The position numbers were made by a program, and so were the translations under genes. 64,000 nt of DNA from Felis catus (taxonomy: Eukaryota), in contig NC_058368.1 in NCBI RefSeq assembly GCF_018350175.1, positions 227,418,001-227,482,000 of the forward strand, read 5' to 3'. Below are positions 12,650-23,617 of this stretch, in pieces. The notes under the pieces are model-generated. The model had not been told where the DNA came from, did no database searches, and was given only the letters and a program-made list of their open reading frames with translations. The first letter of the stretch is position 1, and each line of letters starts with the position of its first letter.

Positions 12650-13398
12650 TCCCTCTTTTTTTTTTTTTTTTTTTTTGAGAGAGAGAGAGCACAAGCAGGA
12701 GAGGGGGCAGAGAGGGAGAGAACCTTTTCCTTTTTTAATGTTTCCTTATTTATTTTTGAGAGAGTGAGAGGCAGAGACAGAGCACGAGTGGGGGAGGGGG
12801 CAGAGGGAGAGAGAGAGAGAATCTTAAGCAGGCTCCATGCTCAGCGTGGAGCCCGACTTGGGGCTTGATCCCACAAACCACGAGACCATGACCTGAGCCG
12901 AAACCAAGAGTTGGACACTTGACCCACTGGGCCACCCAGGCACCCCACAGAGAGAGGCAGAATCTTAAGTGGGCTCCACACCTAGCATGGAGCCCAACGC
13001 GGGGCTCACAACTCACAACTGTGAGATCAGATCACGACCTGAGCCAACATTCAAGAGTTGGATGCTTAACCGACTGAGCAGCCCAGGTGCCCCTGGATCA
13101 TATTCTTTTTTTTTTTTTTAATGTTTATTTAAAAAAAAATTTTTTTTCAACATGTATTTATTTTTGGGACAGAGAGAGACAGAGCATGAATGGGGGAGGG
13201 GCAGAGAGAGAGGGAGACACAGAATCGGAAACAGGCTCCAGGCTCTGAGCCATCAGCCCAGAGCCCGACGCGGGGCTCGAACTCACAGACCGCGAGATCG
13301 TGACCTGGCTGAAGTCGGATGCTTAACCGACTGCACCACCCAGGCGCCCCTTAATGTTTACTTTTGAGAGAGAGAGAGAGACAAAGTACAAGAAGAGG

Positions 13399-13444
<46 letters not shown>

Positions 13445-13582
13445 GAGACACAGAATCCAAAGCAGGATCCAGGCTCCAAGCTGTCAGCACAGAGCCTGAT
13501 GCAGGACTTGAACCCACAAACTGTGAAATCATCACCTGAGCTGAAGTCAGACGCTTAACCGACTGAGCCACCCAGGCACCCC
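12650..13582 (-). mobile_element. Cluster of four CanSINEs (two nested pairs)
   Basis: Four SINE heads ending at about 12945, 13093, 13350 and 13582; target repeat tggatcatattctt occurs three times. Confidence 0.92.
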
Positions 13583-14264
13583 GTGGATCATATTCTTAAT
13601 TTACAATTTCACAGCTGATGAAAACCTACATGAAGATTTTGTCTATGAAACCATCTTTCTGCATAAAACACTTCCCAAACTGCCTAGGTATATCCGTTTA
13701 GAAATTATGTTTACCCTAACAACGCTAGAATACCATGGCATATCGCGGAGCATATGGATTTTAGAATAAGGCACTTGGGGGTCCAAACCTCACTCTGTCA
13801 CTCACCAGCCAAGAGACTGCTCAACCAGTGCAGATTATTTACCCTCTGAGCCTCATCCTCTACCATAAATCAAGGACAAGATATCCATTTTACAGGACTC
13901 CGGCTGGGACTAAGTAAGACCACAGAATTTGTAAGACTCTGATCCAGTGAAGGGATCTAACCCATACCCCACCCGGCTGAGCCTGGGGAACCCCGGGGTG
14001 TGGCCGTATTCTCTGTCCTCGGCAGCTGGCCGCGGGGCTGGCACACTGCACACACTTGACGAGTGCTTCCTAGATAAAATGAAACTAATAAAAGCAACTC
14101 TCAAGAAAGAAATGGGAAGGAAATAGACCATGTGCAGCTACATATATGCATATACTTTATATACGCCTATTTCTTTGTGCTTCTGCCCTTAAATGTACAT
14201 CCTAGGTTGAACTTCCTGCATTCAAAATAAAAATTCAGGTTGTTCATCAAGAATGTACTGCCTC

Positions 14265-14538
14265 AGGGCACCTCAGTGGCTCAGTTGGTTGAGCGTCCGA
14301 CTCTCAGTTTCAGTTCAGGTCACGATCCCAGGGTTGTGGGATCAAGCCCTGCATCGGGCTCCATGCTGAGTGTAGAGCCTGCTTACGATATTCTCTTTCT
14401 CTCCCTCTCTGCCCCTCTCCCCTAGTCATGCTCGCTCTCTCTCTCTCTCTCTCTCTCTCCCTAAAAAGTAAAAAAATAAATAAAGAATAAAAATAAATAA
14501 AATAAAATAAAATAAAATAAAATAAAATAAAATAAAAT
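14265..14538 (+). mobile_element. CanSINE with (AAAAT)n tail
   Basis: TSD aagaat(g/a)tactgcct. Confidence 0.92.
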
Positions 14539-14554
14539 AAAGAATATACTGCCT

Positions 14555-15660
14555 TATACCATTAAAATGAAAAAAAAAACCAACAAGGCACAGACTGGGA
14601 GAAAATATTTGCAAATCACATATCTGATAAAGCACTTGTGTTCAGAATATATAAAGAAATCTCAAAATCCAATCAATAATAAAATAAGAAGGGGCAAAAG
14701 ATTTGAACAGACACTTCTGTAAAAAGATAATAATGGATGGCCAATAAGCACATGGAAAGATGTTCATCCCTCCTGACTAGCGGAATGCCAACTAAAAGCA
14801 CAGTGACGCCAGCGCACATCTATCAGAATGGCTAAAAAACCCAAAAAACAAAAAACCCCAAATCTGACAATCCTGGTTAGAACTGGGAACAACTGGAACT
14901 CTTACACGCTACCGGTGGAAATACAAAATGGCTGCACCACACGGGAGATCAGTTTGGTAGGTTCTTATGAACTCGGACCTACACCTACCACATGAGCCAA
15001 CAATCTCTCTCCCAGGCATTCGCCCAAAAGGAATGAAAACTTCCATTCATACAAAATCTTGTATGGGATTGTCAAAAACTAGAGATAATCCAGATGTCCT
15101 TCAACTGAAGAACGGATAAACAAACTATGTCATACTTACATCAAGGAATATCACTCAACAGTAAAAAGGAATGAACTACAAACTCACAGAATGCGGATGA
15201 ATTGAAATGCATTTTTTAAAAAAGTTTTTCAATGTTTTATTTTTGAGAGACAGAGAGAGAGTACGAGCAGGGGAAGGAACAGAGAGAGACAGACAGACAG
15301 ACAGAATCCAAAGCAGGCTCCAGGCTCAGAGCTGTTAGCACAGAGCCCGACGCGAGGCTTGAACTCGTGAACCACGAGATCATGACCTGAGCCGAAGTCG
15401 GACGCTTAACTGACTGAGCCACCCAGGCACCCCTGAATTGCAATGCATTTTGCTAAGCGAGAGAAGTCAGATGCAAAAGACTACACACTGGATAGTTCCA
15501 TTGATATGACATTCTGGAAAAGGTAAAACCATAGCGTCTTAAGACCAATCAGCGATGGCCCTGGGCTGGGGTGAGGAAGGGCTGACTACAAAGGAACAGT
15601 GGAGAATCTCTGGAGCGCTCTATGCGTTTGTTAAACCTCAAATAACCGTAGAGTAAAAAA
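14555..15660 (+). mobile_element. Old L1M-type 3' fragment interrupted by a SINE
   Basis: Motifs such as gactgggagaaaatatttgcaaatcacatatctgataa and acattctggaaaaggtaaaacc typical of ancient L1 ORF2 end and 3' UTR. Confidence 0.8.
15216..15433 (-). mobile_element. CanSINE
   Basis: TSD tgaattg(a/c)aatgcatttt. Confidence 0.93.
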
Positions 15661-15915
15661 GTGAGTTTCAGTAGACCACCTTGCTTCCGAAGAATGGATG
15701 CCCTTCTCGAGCAAAGATGGTGGCATCCAAAGCAAACACAACTGAGCATGGCGGCCTTTCTGAGATGGAGGGGGCCACAGGGGCCTTCGAAGGCTCCTTC
15801 AACCTCGGGACGCACAAAGCCGCCCACTGAAGACCCAGCCATCTGCGCTACAGTTCTTGTCAACGCAACGTTCCCCGCCCCCCACCCCCCCCCGCCCCGT
15901 TTCCAGCGGACATAC

Positions 15916-16065
15916 CTTCACAATGTCTTTTTCTTTCATCCACGATGGAAAGGAGAGGCCCTGGCTGAATATCTGAAACAACACTGACCTCAGTGCGTCA
16001 TAGTTGTCTCTCTTTACTTGTCGGACACATTTGATGTGATGCCTCCAAAACAGCTCCTCATAAGC
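15916..16065 (-). CDS. OTULINL: OTULINL exon 5 (AYEELFWRHH...DNYDALRS...KEKDIVK)
   Basis: Acceptor gacag|GC, donor AAG|gtatgt; within ORF 15799..16134. Confidence 0.97.
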
Positions 16066-16220
16066 CTGTCCACACAAAAACAGAAAGTTCGTTTTCAAAC
16101 CCTCTGGATAAGGGAATAGAGAGAGTGAATTCACTGTATTGTCAGCGAGGCATTACCCCCAAAGAAAGGGGGCAACAGAGACAATAACAATTATAAATTA
16201 TGAATGCGACCACATGTCAC

Positions 16221-16410
16221 TATTTTATTCTGAGAGCAGGGGAGGTGAGCAGGGGAGGGACAGAGAGAGAGGGAAAGAGAGAATCCCAAGCAGGCTCCGC
16301 ACTACCAGCACATAGCCCAATGCGGGGCTCGAATCTATGAACGAGGGGACCATGACCTGAGCCGAGATCAAAAGTCAGAGGCTTAACCGACTGAGCCACC
16401 CGGGTACCCC
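16221..16410 (-). mobile_element. CanSINE
   Basis: SINE body; flanking acatgtca repeat. Confidence 0.9.
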
Positions 16411-16442
16411 ATGAGGACATGTCATTTCAAAGGGACACTTGT

Positions 16443-16650
16443 GGGGCACCTGGCGGTTCGGTAGGTTAAGCATCCAACTTTGGCTCAGATCATGATCTCA
16501 TGGTTCATGGGTTTAAGCCCCACGTTGGGCTCTGTGCTGACAGCCTGGAGCCTGAAGTCTCCTTCGGATTCTGTATCTTCCCCCTCTCTCTCTCTCTCTC
16601 TCTTAAAAATAAACATTAAAAATTCTTTAAATAAAAATAAAAAAAAATAA
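16443..16650 (+). mobile_element. CanSINE
   Basis: SINE body with A-tail; flanking ggaca(c/t)ttgt repeat. Confidence 0.9.
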
Positions 16651-16827
16651 AAGGACATTTGTGTGTATTCAGTCTGTGTCATGCTTTTTCAACTGACACC
16701 TTCCTGGAAGCCCAGGAGCAAAAGAATGCCATTTAGGGGTGATGATGGCTATAATGTGACCAAAGGGAAAAGAAAATACTATATACGTTTAAGATCTCGC
16801 TAAAAATGACTTGAAACAAAAATTTCT

Positions 16828-17048
16828 TTTTTTTTTAATTTTTCAAAAATGTTTATTTATTACTGAGAAACAGAGACAGAGCACAAGCAGGGGAGGGGCA
16901 GAGAGAAGGGGACACACAGAATCGGGAGCAGGCTCCAGGCTCTGAGCTGTCAACACAGAGCCCAACGCGGGGCTCGAACTCACAAACCGCGAGATCATGA
17001 CCGGAGCCAAAGTCGGACACTTAACTGACTGAGCCACCCAGGCGCCCC
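16828..17048 (-). mobile_element. CanSINE
   Basis: TSD ttgaaa(c/t)aaaaa(t/c)ttct. Confidence 0.93.
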
Positions 17049-17373
17049 TTGAAATAAAAACTTCTCGTTGCTGACAAAGTTGGATAGCACTGCTGGGAAA
17101 AGTTACCAAGGTCAGTCCAATGGAAAATTCTAAAACTCCTCAGAATTTTACATCCAGGTGCCTAATCCCTGCAAAGACAGAAGTCCCCCCTGCTTGTCCA
17201 GAGAGCCCGTAGGCTTGGCGGGCAGAGCTGAAGAGTGCCACCCTCGAGTTTCCTGAAGTGACAGCCTACGGGACGCCATCGTCCACGCCCTCAGTAAAGC
17301 AGGGCGGAATGTTAGTTTCCTGATTTTTACACACAAATTCCCCATCGTCCGTGACCTGTATAAACTGACGCAC

Positions 17374-17465
17374 CTTCCGCATCAGCTTGGCACGCGGCGT
17401 CTCTCCCTTCCATTCTCTCGCAGAGTAACTGAGGAGATCGACCTCCGCCTCCACGCTGAGGTTCC
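17374..17465 (-). CDS. OTULINL: OTULINL exon 4 (RNLSVEAEVDLLSYSAREWKGETPRAKLMRK)
   Basis: Acceptor ggtccag|GG, donor AAG|gtgcgt; overlaps ORF 17266..17454. Confidence 0.96.
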
Positions 17466-17566
17466 CTGGACCAAATCAGATAGGAAAGGTAGTGAATTTT
17501 CCCTTTTCCTCGCCCTTCTTGAACCCTCCCTGCACCTTAGAAATAAGAAAACATGAAAATACTTAC

Positions 17567-17598
17567 TTTTGAACTTTCTCTGCAGATATCCAATCCAC
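17567..17598 (-). CDS. OTULINL: OTULINL exon 3 (32 nt; WWIGYLQRKFK/R)
   Basis: Acceptor ccttttag|G, donor AAA|gtaagt; frame links exons 2 and 4. Confidence 0.95.
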
Positions 17599-17686
17599 CT
17601 AAAAGGTAAAGGGAAAATAATATCAAAAATCTACTCTGGAAAGCAAGGGTCTATTGGTGAAACCGGAGGATAATACGACCACCTAC

Positions 17687-17846
17687 CATTTCAGCCGGCG
17701 CCCTAAATAGGAGTGCATCCTCCTCACGTAGCAGAGGGCGGCCACCAGGAATGCTACCGCCAGCGTCACTGAGCCCCTGGCTACCTTCCACGCAGTATCC
17801 AAGGCTTGGCTGGTGACCAGCGTCCAGGAGTGAACCTGGTCACTTC
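17687..17846 (-). CDS. OTULINL: OTULINL exon 2 (GSDQVHSWTLVTSQALDTAWKVARGSVTLAVAFLVAALCYVRRMHSYLGRRLK/W), includes hydrophobic segment
   Basis: Acceptor ttttgcag|GA, donor ATG|gtaggt; translated by hand because it is absent from the ORF track. Confidence 0.95.
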
Positions 17847-18347
17847 CTGCAAAAATTTAATAATAGAAAAAAGACACGTCACAATTACCCAAATCTGCTT
17901 TAAGGGAGGGAAATATATCGCTCATTGTACCTGCCAAGTGTCTGTCATTGAGTACATGAACAGTTTTTAAGGCATTCAAAAATTCAATCTGAAAGTTAAA
18001 GAAACACCCAGTTCTCCTCTAATCAATGTCGTATGTAAGAATGTCTTTGTCCCACACAATTCACGAGGAATAATCATTGAGCATAGGCTTTGGAATCCCT
18101 CAGACCTGTTCAAAACCTGTGTCTCGACTACCCTGGCTGTGTGACTGTGAGAAAGCTCACTTCTCTACTCCCAATTGTCTTGACTGCAACACTGGGGAAA
18201 AATGCCGATCTCCCCGGAGAAAGAGGGAATGAAATTAATTAAGAATGCACCCTGTGTTGCATATCTGCTGAATCCGAGAATGGTTCCAGCAGGGAACCAC
18301 ACCAGAGTCCTCCAGTGATGCCACCACCATGTACATCTGCCCACTTG

Positions 18348-18543
18348 GGTTTGTTTTGTTTGTTTTTTAAGTAGAGAGAGAGCACAATTGGAGGAGGGGG
18401 CAGAGGGAGAGAGAGAGAATCTCCAGCAGGCTCCACGCTCAGCGCAGAGCCCAACGTGGGACTCAATCCCACAACCTCGGGATCATGACCTGAGCTGAAA
18501 TCAGGAGTTGGTCACTCAATTGACAGAGTGACCCAGGTGCCCC
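18348..18543 (-). mobile_element. CanSINE
   Basis: SINE body in antisense orientation. Confidence 0.88.
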
Positions 18544-19011
18544 GCCTTTTTTTTTTTTTTTTTTTAATTTTAGAGCCACTTGGATATTCTTAAAGCATTA
18601 GGAGCGATGACAGATGGCATCACCTTAACACACACAATGAGTGGTCCAAACCGCGGGCACACAGACATCATTTCCAGGGAGTGGATACCTCAGCAGAGCT
18701 GTGAGGTGGAGACAGATGTGCTGTGTGTGGTCCACACTGCAATTCCTGATTTGGCCAGAGAGCATGAACGGGCCTCAAGAGCTCCGACCGCATACTTGCA
18801 ATATCTTACTATGTGCAGCACATTCCCAATTATATGATGCTTAAGCATGTAAAATGCCGAAGTACAAATGAGGAAGAGAACTTTTGAATAGTGGCCAAAC
18901 CTCCTGGGGTTCATTGTGAAATCTTCCCCTCCCTGGCACAAGGTTTAGTAAAATTCCAGTGATTAACGGTAGTAAAAGCCTCAGCAATTCAGAATCTACA
19001 GTTTTAGCATT

Positions 19012-19110
19012 TTTTTTTTTAAAGTAGGCTCCACACCCAATGTGGGGCTTGAACTCCTGGCCCTGAGAGCAAGAGTCGCATGCCCCACCGACTGAGCCAG
19101 CCAGGTGCCC
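19012..19110 (-). mobile_element. Short-type CanSINE
   Basis: TSD ttttagcatttt. Confidence 0.85.
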
Positions 19111-19245
19111 AAATTTTAGCATTTTTGATCATACCCATATTTGATGTACATTTAAACTCTCACAAGAATTTACTAGCAAATAAAGAAATTAAGTTACCAG
19201 TGAATGAACCTAGACATATTTGCAATTACTTAAAAGGGCATTTTC

Positions 19246-21553
19246 TTCTTTTTTATGGTAGTTATTATTTTTTAATATAATTTATTGTCAAATTGGCTAA
19301 CATGCAGTGTGTACAGTGTGCTCTTTTTGGGGGGTAGATTCCCATGATTCCTCGTTTATCTTCAACACCCAGTGCTCATCCGAACAAGTGCCCTCCTCAA
19401 TGCCCATCACCCCTTTGCCCCTCTCCCCCACCCCCCCCCCCATCAACCCTCAGTTTGTTCTCTGTATTTAAGAGTCTCTTATGGTTTGCCTCCCTCCCTC
19501 TCCGTTTGTAACCATTTTTCCCCTTCCCCTCCCCCATGGCCTTCTGTTAAGTTTCTCAAATTCCACATATGAGTGAAAACATATGATATCTGTCCTTCTC
19601 TGACTTATTTCACTCAGCGTAATACCCTCCAGTTCCATCCACGTTGCTGCAAATGGCAAGATTTCATTCTTTCTCATTGCCAAGTAGCATTCCATTGTAT
19701 ATATAAACCACATCTTCTTTATCCATTCATCAGTGGATGGATATTTAGGCTCTTTCCATAGTTTGCCTATTGTTGAAAGCGCTGCTGTAAACATTGAGAT
19801 ACATGTGCCCCTATGAATCAGCACTCTGTATCCTTTGGATAAATTCCTAGCAGTGCTATTGCTGGGTCGTAAGTTGTTCTACTTTTAATTTTTTGAGGAA
19901 CCTCCACACTGTTTTCCAGAGCAGCGGCACCAGTTTGCACTCCCACCAACAGTGCAAGAGGGTTCCCATTTCTCCACATCCTTGCCAGCATCTGTTGTTT
20001 CCTGAGTTGTTCACTTTAGCCACTCTGACTAGTGTGAGGTGATATCTCAGTGTGGCTTTGATTTGTATTTCCCTGATGATGAATGACGTTGAGCATCTTT
20101 TCATGTGTCTGTTGGCCATCTATCCAAAGATGTCTTCTTTGGAAAAGTGTCTATTCATGTCTTTTGTCCATTTCTTCACTGGATTATTTGTTTTTTTGGG
20201 TGTTGAGTTTGGTAACTTCTTTATAGATTTTGGATACTAACCCTTTATCTGATATGTCATTTGCAAATATCTTTTCCATTCCATTGGTTGCCTTTTAGTT
20301 TTGTTGATTGTTTCCTTTGCAGTGCAGAAGCTTTTTATCTTGATGAGGTCTCAATAGTTCATTTTTGCTTTTAATTCCCTTGCCTTTGGAGACGTGTCAA
20401 GCAAGAAATTGCTGTGGCTGAGGTCAAAGAGGTTGTTGCCTGTTTTCTCCTCTAGGGTTTTGATGGTTTCCTGTCTCACATTTAGGTCTTTCATCCATCT
20501 TGAGTTTGTTTTTGTGTATGATGTAAGAAAGTGGTCTATTTTCATTCTTCTGCATGTTGCTGTCCAGTTCTCCCAGCACCATTTGCTAAAGAGACTATCT
20601 TTTTTTTCCATTGGATACTCTTTCCTGCTTTGTCAAAGATTAGTTGGCCATACATTTGTGGGTCCAATTCTGGGTTCTCTATTCTAGTCCACTGGTCTAT
20701 GTGTCTGTTTTGTGCCAATACCATACGGTCTTGATGATTACAACTTTGTGGTAGAGGCTAAAGTCTGGGATTGTGATGCCTACTGCTTTGGTTTTCTTTT
20801 TCAACATTACTTTGCCCATTGGGGGTCTTTGTGGTTCCATACACATTTTAGGATTGTTTGTTCTAGCTCTGAGAAGAATGCTGGTACAATTTTGATTGGG
20901 ATTACATTGAATGTGTAGATTGCTTTGGGTAGTATCGACGTTTTAACAATATTTATTCTTCCAATTCATGAGCACGGAATGTTTTCCCATTTCTTTGTGT
21001 CTTCTTCAATTTTCTTCCAATTCATGAGCACGGAATGTTTTCCCATTTCTTTGTGTCTTCTTCAATTTTCTTCCAATTCATGAGCACGGAATGTTTTCCC
21101 ATTTCTTTGTGTCTTCTTCTATTTCCTTCATAAGCTTTCTATAGTTTTCAGCATACAGATCTTTTACATCTTTGGTAGGTTTATTCGTAGGTATTTTATG
21201 GTTCTTGGTACAATTGTAAATGGGATCGATTTCTTGATTTCTCTTTCTGTCGCTTCATTGTCGGTGTATAGAAATGCAACTGATTTCTGTACATTGCCTT
21301 TGTATCCTGCGACTTTGTTGAATTCATGTTATCAGTTTTAGCAGATTTTAGTGGAGTCTTTTGGGTTTTCCAGGTAGAGTACCATGTCATCTGCAAAAAG
21401 TAAAAGTCTGACTACTTCTTTGACAATTTCGATGCCTTTTATTTCATTTTGTTGTTTGATTGCTGATGCTAGGACTTCCAACACTATGCTAAACAACAGC
21501 GGTGAAATGGACATCCCTGTCGTGTTCCTGATCTCAGGGGGAAAGTTCTCAGT
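19246..21553 (-). mobile_element. 5'-truncated carnivore LINE-1 (ORF2 3' part plus 3' UTR)
   Basis: Broken ORF2 peptides ([41 protein letters not shown]). TSD ttaaaagggcattttc / ttaaaagaacattttc at 19230-19245 and 21554-21569. Confidence 0.95.
20956..21123. repeat. 3 x 56-bp tandem repeat inside the L1
   Basis: ccaattcatgagcacgg recurs at 20961, 21017 and 21073. Confidence 0.95.
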
Positions 21554-22043
21554 TTAAAAGAACATTTTCAAAAACAGGTACTCATCTGTTTAGAACAATT
21601 AGTTAGCTGTTCACTATACATTTACTCCTGCCTAGATATTTAGTAAAACTTTGTGTGAGTTGTTTAAAAATGTAAAGCTAATAAATAAAAAAGTCAATAA
21701 AAAAATATAAAAAAATGTAAAAAAATGTAAAGCTATACTGCCTTTACATCTACAATTTAGATTTTTATTAATTCAGTGATTTCTCAACTGTGAAAAATTC
21801 TCACATGTGTAAATAATTTTAGTAAGTCCTTAAATTCAGGAAAAACTAGAACTTTGTCTACGCGATACATAATTTCTTTTAACGTATTTATAAACTTTTC
21901 CTAGAAAAATGAATATTACACATGATTTTAGTTTGTTTTTTCTCTTCATACACATTAGATATCTTTTCATTTAACTACACATAGATCTACATTATTCTTT
22001 TTAAAGAATGCATAATATTTTAGTATACATATAGACCATCACA

Positions 22044-22236
22044 TGGGGTGCCTGAGTGGCTCTGTTGGTTAAGTGTCCAACTCTTAATTTTGGCTCAGAT
22101 CATGATCTCACGGTTCATGGGATCGAGCCCTGCATTGGGCTCTGTACTGATAGCATGGAGCATGCTTGGGATTCTCCCTCTCCCTCTTTCTCTCTCTATT
22201 CTTCCCCCACTCTCTCAAAAAAAAAAAAAAAAAAAA
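22044..22236 (+). mobile_element. CanSINE
   Basis: Body plus A-tail; TSD agac(c/a)atca(c/t)at. Confidence 0.9.
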
Positions 22237-23373
22237 AGACAATCATATATGTAACATAATCATTGCCTTACCAATAAACCATTTGGATTATTTCCCATTT
22301 TTCACTCTTACAAACACTGCTGAGAAAGACATTATCTTCCAATAGGCCTTATGGACTCATGGTAGCTTTTAGGATAATTTCAAAAAGAGGAAACTTTGGA
22401 TCAAGGGGTGTGTACATTTTTAGTTTTGACAGATATTGCCAAAGCACCCTCCAAAACAAACCATCAACTAACACCCCCTTATGTGTATAAGCGTCCCTGT
22501 GTCCCTAAACACCAGTTCCAGTCGTGATTTCTCACAGCCTTCCACATTTCTGTAGGAACACATTCACATTTCTTCTTCCGGGAAGAGCCTTTTAGAGCAT
22601 TTGCCCATTTCCCACTGGGTGGCGCTCGTGTTTGTGTGGACTCAGAGGGCCTGCGGTCACTGAGGTGGGGTCTGGCTGCCGCGCCCTCCATGGGGCAACA
22701 CTGCTCTCATCTGTCACAGACTCTAACCAACCCACTGTAGTCTCAGGGTTACTTCCAGGCCTTTTGGGGCCCTTGATTTGAGACCCCCTAAGTCAGGGCC
22801 TTCTCCTGAGCATGAGGCCACTCCATAGCAGCTGCCCAGGGCTTCCACGGGACCCACTACAGATTGTGGCTCTCCTCACTCCTACACACACACAACACAC
22901 TTCCTTAGCCTAATGCCCTCATCCTTGAAATTAAGCCCTGCCTCCAACCCAGAAAAGGGATATGATCAACTTATTAGAAAAAAACACGTGAGGGCTCAGT
23001 ACGCCTTTTCCGTGCAAACCTAGACTACAAACTTAAACTCCTGGCTTCCCCCTGCCTAAGTGGCACAGTTTTTGGTCAAGTGACTCAAACCAAAGAAGGA
23101 CCAGGGTGCATGAACATGGCGGCTGGTGTGGGTGCCAGGGAGCGACCCGGAGGAGGGAACCCGTAAGTCCCGTGTAAGCGGCTGTAGCTCACACAGCCCT
23201 GAGGGGTTTGTACAATATATGAAAATATTATAAGGAGTGGGGCTTCTTCATCTAAGGAGAGGAAGTGCAATGTTTTAGTAGGAAAAAGTATGGCTCCATT
23301 GATAATTAAAATAGCTATAGTTCGAGTTTCGCTATAAGCCAGAGCCCCTTATGGGCTTTCCAGGCGTTCTCTT

Positions 23374-23617
23374 GGGTCACCTGGGTGGCTCAGTCCATTA
23401 AGCGTCCAACTCTTGGTTTAGGCTCAGGTCATGATCTCATGATTCGTGAGTCCGAGCCCCGTGTCAGGCTCTGAGCTGACAGCAGAGAGCCTGCTTGGGA
23501 TTCTCTCTCCCTCTCTCTGCACACCGCCCCCTCACCCCACGCCCCGCACATGTGCGCTTTCTCTCGCTCTCACTCTCTCTCAACATAAATAAATAAACTT
23601 AAAAAAAAATAAAATAA
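23374..23617 (+). mobile_element. CanSINE
   Basis: Body, CT tract and aaataaataaac tail. Confidence 0.9.

Noticed and set aside
11130..13597. Direct repeats separated by spacers, superficially CRISPR-like
   Set aside because: The repeats are target-site duplications around SINEs in mammalian DNA, and there are no cas genes.
19468..21396. ORF2-like peptides as an active reverse transcriptase gene
   Set aside because: The L1 copy is 5'-truncated, frameshifted and contains stops.
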